Positions 1-8,653 of a stretch of 64,000 nucleotides of DNA are shown one piece after another. Numbering within the stretch: the first letter of the stretch is position 1; every line of letters starts with the position of its first letter. A program made the translations under genes and the position numbers. Below the pieces are notes generated by a model that saw only the letters and a program-made list of their open reading frames with translations, searched no databases and was not told the origin of the DNA. Origin of the DNA: Leptolyngbyaceae cyanobacterium. Lineage in GTDB: Bacteria > Cyanobacteriota > Cyanobacteriia > Phormidesmidales > Phormidesmidaceae. Where the stretch lies: the NCBI GenBank assembly GCA_965263355.1, contig CBDHHL010000032.1, positions 1,280,001 through 1,344,000 of the forward strand. The letters are read 5' to 3'.

Positions 1-2
1 TG

Positions 3-695
3 CAGGCTCAGGTGCAAACGGCGCTGGAAGAAATTGGCAATGAACTGCAAATCATTCATCGGTTACACCATTCAAACTTTCATTTCTCAGCCCAGGATTC
101 TAGCGTTATCGATCAAGATTTTATGCGGATTACCGGGATGGCATTGGTGGCAGCGGGGGCTATGCTGGCCTTTGTGTTTCCACCGTTGGGACTGCTGAGT
201 TTGGTGGGGGGCATTGTTAGTTGGGTAGGTGGCTGGTTTGAATCGCGATCCGACAAGCGTCGTAAGGCAGTGAACAAGATTTCTGAGGCGTTGTATCAGC
301 AGCTTGATCAAGAACAGGACAGGATTATTCCTCAAGTCAAGGACAATTTTGAGAAATATTATCAATCGGTGGCGACCAGTGTTGATGGGTATTTTGCAGG
401 TTTGATTGACGGGATTGGCGCGATCGCAACCCAACTTCACACCACCCAACATGAGTTAAACCGTGCCGCCAATGGCCTCAACCGGGCCTATGGCAAACGC
501 ATCATCGACTGGGCCACCGATCAGCCAGAAACCCTGACGGATCAGACCATCCATCAAATCATCCATAGCGTCAGTCGAGACTTTGGCCGCAATCTAGAGA
601 TTCAAACCACACAGCCTGTCTTGTTGACCAAATCCCAGGATGAGATTTGTCGCATCCTGCAAGAAGACGTCTCAATTTCCCCCGTAAACCCCTGA
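3..695 (+). CDS. C-terminal part of a probable bacterial dynamin-like protein (runs off the window start)
   Basis: Open frame from the window edge. Gly-rich hydrophobic hairpin (ITGMALVAAGAMLAFVFPPLGLLSLVGGIVSWVGGWF) followed by a helical region. Lies directly upstream of a dynamin-like GTPase. Confidence 0.6.
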   Translation, partial: QAQVQTALEEIGNELQIIHRLHHSNFHFSAQDSSVIDQDFMRITGMALVAAGAMLAFVFPPLGLLSLVGGIVSWVGGWFESRSDKRRKAVNKISEALYQQLDQEQDRIIPQVKDNFEKYYQSVATSVDGYFAGLIDGIGAIATQLHTTQHELNRAANGLNRAYGKRIIDWATDQPETLTDQTIHQIIHSVSRDFGRNLEIQTTQPVLLTKSQDEICRILQEDVSISPVNP

Positions 696-710
696 TCTAA
701 AATACCTTTC

Positions 711-2465
711 ATGTCGTCTATCAATCCCACCTTCAAAGCCGCCCACATCAGCCAACAATTCCAAGCAGCCTGTAGCCAATTTGATGCGCTGCTAGCCCAG
801 GCTGATGCCCAGGAACTGGCCCAGATTCGCCAAAAATTTTACGATGGCTTAAAAGACTATGAGCAACAGGGCACCTTAACCGTTGCCTTTATCGGTCAGT
901 ACAGTGCGGGTAAATCCACCATTATTTCTGCCCTCACGGGACGGCGGGATCTGCACATTGATGCGGATATTGCCACGGATACTACCACCACCTACGGCTG
1001 GAACGGCATCAAAATTATTGATACTCCGGGGCTGTTTACCGACCGTCCTGACCACGATGCCATTACCTATGGTGCGATCGCAAAAGCCGACCTGCTGGTG
1101 TTTTGCCTCACCCACATGCTGTTCGACACCCTCACCCTAGAAAATTTCAAAAAGCTTGCCTACGACAAAGGCTATCGCTGGAAAATCATGCTGGTGGTCA
1201 ACAAAATGTCGGCAGGAGCCGGTGATGAAACACAGAAAATTGCCAGCTACCGCCACAGCCTCACAGCAGCCCTGAAGCCCTACGACCTCGATGAATTCTC
1301 CATTTCCTTTATAGATGCCAGGGACTACTGCGAAGGCATTGATAACAACGATGATTTTTCCACGGAGATCAGCCAATTCGATACCTTTATCACTGAACTC
1401 AATCAGTTTGTTGAGCGTCGTGCCTCCCTCACAGGTTTAGATACCCCAGTGCGCATTTTGCTGGGTTGCCTGGATCAGGCCCAGATCGCCTTTGCTCGAA
1501 ACTCCAATGAAGATACGGCATTTTTAGAGGTATTGTCACGGCTATCGCGCCGCATCAACCAAGAGCGAGAACGCCTGCGCACCAAAGTCAAAGCCATCAC
1601 CCTAGAAATGTCATCGGCCATTACCACCGAAGGCGCAAAACTGGCCTCAGCGGTCGGGGATGAGCAGTTTGAATCCATGAATAAGCAGGCTGAAATCAAC
1701 GTATGTCAGCAGTATGAACAAGCCGAAAAAGCCATTGAAAGCACGGCTGAGAATGCGGTGAAATCGATTGAAGAGGAAGTGTTAGCCGAGCTAAATAGCC
1801 CCTTAGCCCAGGCAGTTGTGGCTCAACTCAGTTTCACGGGTGCCGTTGCCCACAATGGTCCTGTGAACAATAGCAATACGCAACAGGCCCAAGGCCAGGT
1901 CGAATGGTTACAAAAAATTGGTGGGCAGGTTGGCGCAGGCATCACTAAGGCTGCCACCAGGGGCGTTGCTTCCACAGCCGGGTCTGGATTTCTTCGATCA
2001 ATGGATGTGGCTGGCAGCAGTTTGCATCAAGGCGTATATGAAGTTGGAAAGTTTATCGGGTTCAAGTTCAAGCCCTGGCAGGCAGTGAATGTCGCTAAAA
2101 ATATCGGCAATGCCGCTAAATTTCTAGGTCCAGCTGTTGCCGTTCTCTCTATTGGACTAGAACTACATACCATGCAACAAGAAAGAGAATATGAAAAACA
2201 AATGGCCGAGGTGCGCCGCGACATCACCAGCCAATTTAAGGCCATTACCGTGGATCTAGACCAACAAATTAAAGCCCAATTGCAAGACTTTGAAGCCAAA
2301 GTTTATGGCCTTTTAGAAAACAATATCGCTGAGGCACGCCATCAAACAGAAACAGCCATGGTCACATCCCATACAGAAATTGGACGTATTGCAGCCATCA
2401 GAAAAGACCTGGATGCCATTCTCCAGGACGTTCATCACGCAGCATCAGATCAGGAGAATGACTAA
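711..2465 (+). CDS. Dynamin-like GTPase (LeoA/CrfC-like architecture)
   Basis: G1 GQYSAGKS, G3 DTPG, G4-like NKMS. Long helical stalk and Gly-rich hydrophobic paddle near the C-terminus. Confidence 0.8.
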   Translation: MSSINPTFKAAHISQQFQAACSQFDALLAQADAQELAQIRQKFYDGLKDYEQQGTLTVAFIGQYSAGKSTIISALTGRRDLHIDADIATDTTTTYGWNGIKIIDTPGLFTDRPDHDAITYGAIAKADLLVFCLTHMLFDTLTLENFKKLAYDKGYRWKIMLVVNKMSAGAGDETQKIASYRHSLTAALKPYDLDEFSISFIDARDYCEGIDNNDDFSTEISQFDTFITELNQFVERRASLTGLDTPVRILLGCLDQAQIAFARNSNEDTAFLEVLSRLSRRINQERERLRTKVKAITLEMSSAITTEGAKLASAVGDEQFESMNKQAEINVCQQYEQAEKAIESTAENAVKSIEEEVLAELNSPLAQAVVAQLSFTGAVAHNGPVNNSNTQQAQGQVEWLQKIGGQVGAGITKAATRGVASTAGSGFLRSMDVAGSSLHQGVYEVGKFIGFKFKPWQAVNVAKNIGNAAKFLGPAVAVLSIGLELHTMQQEREYEKQMAEVRRDITSQFKAITVDLDQQIKAQLQDFEAKVYGLLENNIAEARHQTETAMVTSHTEIGRIAAIRKDLDAILQDVHHAASDQEND

Positions 2466-2467
2466 TA

Positions 2468-3466
2468 ATGGGCATGCTTGTTTTTACAATTCATGGTGTA
2501 GCCACCCGAGATTCCAACTACTCTAAACCCTTGGAGAAGCTTGTTAAAAAGCATATTGAAATAGCTAATCATCAGGCAAAAGGGTGGTTTGATTTCTTTC
2601 CAAGCGTTTTTTCTCCTATAGACGGTGATAACTCCTCTGAAAACAAGCCAGAGATTCCGTTACCCATTTTTGCTTCAAGTTTCTGGGGCGTGCGGTTCAC
2701 CCAAACCGATCACTTATGGAATGGAATTCGCCAGGGCTTAACGAATTTACAAGAAACTCATCACAATGTAGATATACAGGATGTTTTCCGTTACCAGGAA
2801 CTACGACAGGGCTTTATCACAGATTTTTTTGGTGATATTCTCCTATACCTCAACGAAGATAACGGCAGAGATATCCGCCAAAATATCGCGGACCAATTGA
2901 GCAAAGCCATTCGCCAACATCCTGAGTATCCTCAAATTCATCTGGTGGCCCACTCCCTGGGCAGCGTTATTCTCTGGGATGTGCTCTTTTCTGAAAGATT
3001 TACCCCTGGCGATCCAGCCTACAAAATACGCGCATTGTTAAACCTGGATCAGCCGTCTGCTCAGGTTGGAAATAAAGGCATCACCAGCATTACCACCATG
3101 GGTTCACCCATCTTGTTTTTTAATTTAATGTTTGACATCAAGCCCGCTCAGATTCAGCAGAGATTATCTGATAAAAAGGTCAGATGGCTAAATCTTATCC
3201 ACTCATCGGATATCATCGCCTATCCGTTACGATCCATCTTTAGCCCATTGCCAGACTTATTCTTTAGAGATAAATACATTTGGGCAGATGCCAATATAGC
3301 TGAAAAGGCCGCACGTTCTTTAAGGCAAGAGCATGCAGCGATGGCACTCGGTGTTTCTGATGGACATGTCTCCTATTGGCATAGTGATGTGACAGCGCAT
3401 CTACTGGCTGCTAATCTAATGGGTAATACAAAAGCAATTGATTCTCAAACAATAGATACCGAGTAA
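2468..3466 (+). CDS. Alpha/beta-hydrolase, lipase/phospholipase-like
   Basis: N-terminal IHG motif, nucleophile elbow AHSLG, TMGSP, D-I-I-A-Y-P and a C-terminal H-x-x-Y-W. Starts 2 bp after the GTPase stop. Confidence 0.7.
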   Translation: MGMLVFTIHGVATRDSNYSKPLEKLVKKHIEIANHQAKGWFDFFPSVFSPIDGDNSSENKPEIPLPIFASSFWGVRFTQTDHLWNGIRQGLTNLQETHHNVDIQDVFRYQELRQGFITDFFGDILLYLNEDNGRDIRQNIADQLSKAIRQHPEYPQIHLVAHSLGSVILWDVLFSERFTPGDPAYKIRALLNLDQPSAQVGNKGITSITTMGSPILFFNLMFDIKPAQIQQRLSDKKVRWLNLIHSSDIIAYPLRSIFSPLPDLFFRDKYIWADANIAEKAARSLRQEHAAMALGVSDGHVSYWHSDVTAHLLAANLMGNTKAIDSQTIDTE

Positions 3467-3834
3467 TATCTCGAATCGGCCTTTGTGTTTGGCGAAGCAA
3501 AATTGTTAGGTAAACACGACTATGGATGTATAACTCTCAGATCTTGACCTTGGCTATGAAGTGTCAAAATCTAGAAGGTTTTAGCCGATAGTGTCCCTTT
3601 AGTGGACAGCCCTCAATTAGCGGTGTTTTTAACCCACCGTGGGTTTGAACCTCACAACCCATTTAGGGCAAGCTCTGAGTAACTCACAGTTTAAATATCA
3701 TCAGTTGTTGATGCAAGTAATCAAATGGTGGCAGTAAGCGCTCTGTATCTATGCAAATTTGAGGAAAAATTCTCCTAAAGTGCGATATTACACACCAAAC
3801 TCTTTCTTCTCTGATACATTTTGCTCGTAGTTAA

Positions 3835-4533
<699 letters not shown>

Positions 4534-4540
4534 TAATCTG

Positions 4541-4673
4541 GGGTATCAACTCAAGCTGGGAAAATTTGGTTAGGTAGGAATCTAGAATACAGGAGTAAGA
4601 ATTCAGAAGGGACCTGGCTTCTGGTTCCTGACTTCTATCCTTGGGGCAACTTCCTACTTTTCAGTTGATGCCC
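4541..4673. mobile_element. MITE-like element, family A copy 1
   Basis: Ends GGGTATCAAC...GTTGATGCCC. Internal sequence is clearly similar to 13979-14117. Confidence 0.65.
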
Positions 4674-4760
4674 TCTAAAGTTAGACCTCTTAGATTGGCT
4701 TATTGAATTATATGCCTTGGATGACTCAATTGAGTCTGGTTGATAAGCTTGAACTACTGA

Positions 4761-5054
4761 TTGAGTGAACGTGACTTAATGGCTATAGCAGTCGATCAAG
4801 TAACTCCATATAAGCCCCTTAGCCTCGACGAATTTCTTACTCGCTATGGTGGCGATAACCGCTATGAATTGATCGATGGAGAGGTCTTTGATTTGGGACC
4901 AACAGGCCCCCATGAGGAAGTCGCAGCCTTTATTACTGCAAAGCTCTGTGTCCAGATCGATACCATTGACTTACCTTGGTTTGTCCTTTGTCCCCCTTAC
5001 GTTGGCGAAGCCTGCCCAGAGGGCTTAGGGGGACTTGCAGGGGGATATCGATAG
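4761..5054 (+). pseudogene. Uma2-family endonuclease, 5' fragment
   Basis: RYELIDGE..GP.HEEV Uma2 N-terminus. Homology is lost at about 4989, where a GC-rich palindromic repeat begins. Confidence 0.75.
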
Positions 5055-5112
5055 TGAGCGCTATCGGTCAAAACCCCTCCGCCTACGGCACCTCCCCTTC
5101 ATAAGGGGAGGA
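4989..5112. repeat. Cyanobacterial palindromic REP-like repeat cluster interrupting the Uma2 gene
   Basis: Hairpins GTCCCCCT...AGGGGGAC and CCTCCCCTT-cat-AAGGGGAGG. Confidence 0.55.
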
Positions 5113-5160
5113 AAGTCTGAAGCATAATTTCAAGCTGGTATTTTATTTAGCTGCTAGCCC

Positions 5161-5475
5161 CTAAGCTGCTAAAGCTGGATAGTCGACATAACCCTGGCGC
5201 TCGTGGGTGTAGAAAGTTGTAGGATCCGCGTCATTCAGTGGTGCATTTTGCTTAAAGCGTTCGACTAAATCAGGGTTGGCGATAAAGGGAATACCATAGG
5301 CGATCGCATCCACACCAGTATTCTGAATAGCGGCAGCCCCAGTTTCTGCACCATAACCACCATTTAGGACTATGGCACCCTGAAATGCCTTGCGTAGATG
5401 TGGCGTGATTGGTTCAACCTCTGCCGCCGCTGCCATAAAGTGACCTGGTAAGGCTTCTATAACATGGAGATAAGT
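5161..5475 (-). pseudogene. Old-yellow-enzyme (alkene reductase) 3' fragment truncated by ISAs1
   Basis: YLHVIE...NGGY...DAIAYGIPFIANPDLVERF...TFYT...GYVDYP. The frame ends exactly at the IS terminal repeat. Confidence 0.85.
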
Positions 5476-7000
5476 AGGGCAAACGCAGCTATTTAGTATA
5501 AATCGTACTTGACAGTACCTCCTTTATCTGAATTTTGACTATTTCAGAAACGTCTAACCATGCTTATGTGGGTCAGTGTCAAGCGTCCACCTCAAATGAG
5601 AGATTATGTTGCATAATCTCTCATTTGACCGTATTCAGTTCAACTCTCTTAAGTGAAAGTTTTCTCTCACTTACCCAGAAATACCCACGACATTATTCGG
5701 TTATATCAATCATGAGAAGACTTAACAAATAATTGTTATCCAATGCTGCCCGATACCGTTTTATCTTAATGCTACCTTTGGTCGAATCTTGTTTGATGAC
5801 ACTCACACACAAGCGACGTAGTAATCCCATATTCTCTGGCCCATGGCCTTTTCGAATCCGACTATTATCTTCTTTGAAGGTCACATCTAGGACCCAATGC
5901 AGACTATTTTCAATGCTCCAATGAGACCGTATTGATTGAGCAAATACCGTCGCATTTGCCGTCATGCTGCTGATATAAAAATGTATCTGTTCTTCTTCTT
6001 TGTTCTGTAAAATTCGTTTGCGACGCACCATGACAATACTCGTTAACCCCGTCCATTTCTCTCGATTCCATAGATTCGGTACCTGCTCGATGGGAACCAC
6101 CCAAGTCTGACGATGTTCTATTCGATGATGTGCCGACTCAGTGCTGCTCGTATAGTCATACTCAATCCCTTGCCAGTCATTGGCTATCGCCTCTTCAAAA
6201 AAGTGTTTAACCCCCTGATAAAGCGTGTCTTGATTGGCTTTAAGCGCTAAAATATAGTCTCCTCCTCCGGCAACGATTTGCGCCGCAATCGCCGTTTGAG
6301 TCCCCATGGCATCTAGGGTGATGATAGTCCCCTCTAGCGACAACATCTCCAACACCTCGGGAATCGCCGTAATCTCATTCGATTTACTATCGACCCGTTG
6401 CTGAGCTAGCACAAGGTGATGCTCTGAGGCCCATGCACTCACACTATGCAGCGCCTTGAGTCCGGTCTGTGTGTCTCTAGACCCACGATGCGTTTTGCCA
6501 TCAATATGGATTAATTTGATCGACAACTGAGTCGTTATTTGCTCTATCCATTTTAAGAAAAACGCTTCAAACTGATGGGGGGCAAGTTGGGCAAAGACTC
6601 TTGAAAAGGTATCGTGGGACGGAATCCCATGGGGCAACTCTAAAAACGTTGATAACCACTCATGTTTCGAATTGCCGTAGGTTTCCACGGCCTCCATCGT
6701 GTCGGCTCCACATATGGTTGCCAAAATCGCAATCGTTACAATATCAACCAGCAGATGGAGTGGTTTTCGTTTCGTGCGCGGATCGTCCAAACCGTTGATC
6801 TCATTGAGAATACTGGTTTTGATCACTTTAGCTGGTGATGAACTTGACCGACTTGGGGAACGTCCAAATCCTTGAGGCATTGGCTGACATCATTAGGAAA
6901 CACGACGTACACCTTACCTTACATGCTCTATGACGAGATCACCTCGAAGCCGACTCATTCTGTCAAGTACATTGGATACAAAATAAGTGCGTTTACCCTA
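5475..7000 (-). mobile_element. ISAs1-family insertion sequence
   Basis: Imperfect ~40-bp terminal inverted repeats. Left: AGGGCAAACGCAGCTATTTAGTATAAATCGTACTTGACAG (5476-5515). Right (reverse complement of 6960-6999): AGGGTAAACGCACTTATTTTGTATCCAATGTACTTGACAG. Encloses a transposase. Confidence 0.9.
5693..6880 (-). CDS. ISAs1-family DDE transposase
   Basis: DPR...H, GIPSHDTF, IDGK, KSNEI, DAMGTQ, LKANQ and HWSIENSLHWVLDVTFKED motifs. Confidence 0.95.
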   Translation of the reverse strand: MPQGFGRSPSRSSSSPAKVIKTSILNEINGLDDPRTKRKPLHLLVDIVTIAILATICGADTMEAVETYGNSKHEWLSTFLELPHGIPSHDTFSRVFAQLAPHQFEAFFLKWIEQITTQLSIKLIHIDGKTHRGSRDTQTGLKALHSVSAWASEHHLVLAQQRVDSKSNEITAIPEVLEMLSLEGTIITLDAMGTQTAIAAQIVAGGGDYILALKANQDTLYQGVKHFFEEAIANDWQGIEYDYTSSTESAHHRIEHRQTWVVPIEQVPNLWNREKWTGLTSIVMVRRKRILQNKEEEQIHFYISSMTANATVFAQSIRSHWSIENSLHWVLDVTFKEDNSRIRKGHGPENMGLLRRLCVSVIKQDSTKGSIKIKRYRAALDNNYLLSLLMIDITE

Positions 7001-7234
7001 CCCGGTTTTGGGGGAGTTGCCAGACTTCAACCAATATTTCAGATCAACGAAGCGGGGCAAATCGTCTTTAGAGCGACCTCACAAGGAGGTAATGGGCCTG
7101 GAAACGCTATTCTTCGGGCAGATCCAGTTATTGACTCAACTCCAGTTCCCACCCCCGCTCTTCTTCCTGGACTGGTAGGTATGGGTGTAGCAGCACTACG
7201 CAAGCGCAAGCAAGAGACTGAGTTGGAAGCTTAA
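7001..7234 (+). pseudogene. 3' fragment of a PTPA-CTERM sorting-domain protein truncated by ISAs1
   Basis: INEAGQIVF repeat and VPTPALLPGLVGMGVAALRKRK sorting signal. The frame begins at the IS end. Confidence 0.75.
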
Positions 7235-7313
7235 GTTCTCTCACTCGCCTGCAGCTCATGATTTTTCACAATGAGGTTTGACTACCTCAGAACCTCAACG
7301 AGATTCTGAGGTA

Positions 7314-7650
7314 ACCTCAGTACGGGATAAGAAATGGAGGGGTTGAGTAAGCTGAAAAAACAAAAAACATTCAGCTAGCCCCTCCTATGTCCAGTTTAAA
7401 AGAGCTTTTCTGTCAGATTGATGACTTTTGCCAAATCTTTGAACCTCAGTGGCAGGCCACGCTCATTAGCAACGGAGTGCGCCATCGTCATCGGCAACGC
7501 TTAATGAGCTTAAGTAAAATCATGACGATTCTGGTGAGCTTTCATCAACAGTCGTATCGTAATTTCAAGCATTTCTACCAAAAGCATGTCTGTTGCTATT
7601 GGCGTCGTGAGTTTCCAGGCCTCCCCAGTTATCAACGGTTTATTGATTAA
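7314..7650 (+). mobile_element. IS982-family remnant (left end plus 5' transposase fragment 7387-7650)
   Basis: LFCQIDDFC, SLSKIMTILVSFHQ..YRNFKHFY and FP.LPSYQRF are typical of the IS982 transposase N-terminus. An ACC-starting end lies upstream. Confidence 0.8.
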
Positions 7651-7964
7651 TGGAAGATAGCAGAGATATTTCCAAAATAAGGCGTAGGCTACTGTGCAAA
7701 ATGGGATATCGCTTTGACAGAGAGACTGGGAAATTTCTTGGTCAGGAGGTAAACGGGAAACTTTACAAATCAGGGGAGATGGCCCCTGCATGGAACCCGA
7801 TCAAGGGGAACTTTTTGAAAGAAGTGACCGAGCCTGAGGTTCCAGAATCTGAGCGCCCAGAAATTGGGAAGATAGATGAGTCTTGGCTCCACAGCTGTCC
7901 CATGCCTCGAAAGACTCTGAGGGGCGTCAATAAAGATCTTTTCCCAGACACTCGTGCTAATTGA
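7650..7964 (+). CDS. Hypothetical protein or fragment
   Basis: 104-aa ORF between two transposase remnants; no recognised motif. Confidence 0.3.
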   Translation: MEDSRDISKIRRRLLCKMGYRFDRETGKFLGQEVNGKLYKSGEMAPAWNPIKGNFLKEVTEPEVPESERPEIGKIDESWLHSCPMPRKTLRGVNKDLFPDTRAN

Positions 7965-7988
7965 TTGCTGTGATTTTTTTTAAAGTCT

Positions 7989-8486
7989 ATGACATCGCTA
8001 TCAGAGGTTTTATTGCTTGTGCCCCTTGGCCGATCAGATGGCTTCGAGAAAACGGATTACAGACGAGTGCTCAATACACTCCGTTATATCCACGCTAATC
8101 CGAAAGCAGCGGGAATGCAGCGAGGGTTCTTTTATGATTTCTCCAACTATGGCAGCTACGATCGCCTCAAAGATGACGGTCTGACGGAATGGCATCCTGC
8201 CTTTTTATCACTGGGAGAATCGTTGGATGAATGTGCGAAAGAATATCGCAAGTTTTGCAAACGCTACAAACCCAAACCCAAGTCAGAAAAACGTAGCTTT
8301 TGGGGAAGTAAATTGCTACCCAAAGTGTTGAAAGCGTCGGAACGGAAGAAACGATCGCCAGGTCAACTGCGACTACTGTGGGATGACTGGAAACCGACTC
8401 AAGAGGTTCGCAACGTCGCTGAACAATTTGTTATGGCCAATTGCTATGACCCCAAAGTCGCTGCCCAGTTTTTTAATGACTCGTAG
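7989..8486 (+). pseudogene. REP-associated tyrosine transposase (RAYT / Y1 HUH), C-terminal half
   Basis: LNTLRYIHANPKAAG...FSNY matches the catalytic-Tyr YI..NP motif of RAYTs. The N-terminal HUH part is absent. Confidence 0.7.
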
Positions 8487-8496
8487 CGATGAAGAG

Positions 8497-8653
8497 CGCT
8501 ATCCGTTGGCCTGGACAGTATAAGGGGATACCAAATCTCTCACTGATGACGGATAGCGGAACAGTGCCAGGTAACGAATGGGTAAAAAGCCGATGAATAC
8601 GTAGAGAAGATCATCTGAATATAGCTTGACAAGCGACCTGAAGTCCTTATATG
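8497..8653. other. Structured non-coding element between the RAYT remnant and the GUN4-domain gene
   Basis: Perfect 10-bp inverted repeat CGCTATCCGT (8497-8506) / ACGGATAGCG (8549-8558) with inner stems. Palindrome GCTTG-A-CAAGC at 8624-8634. Confidence 0.55.

Noticed and set aside
6872..7000. N-terminus of the 120-aa ORF 6872-7234
   Set aside because: It lies inside the IS end. Only the part after 7000 is real coding remnant.
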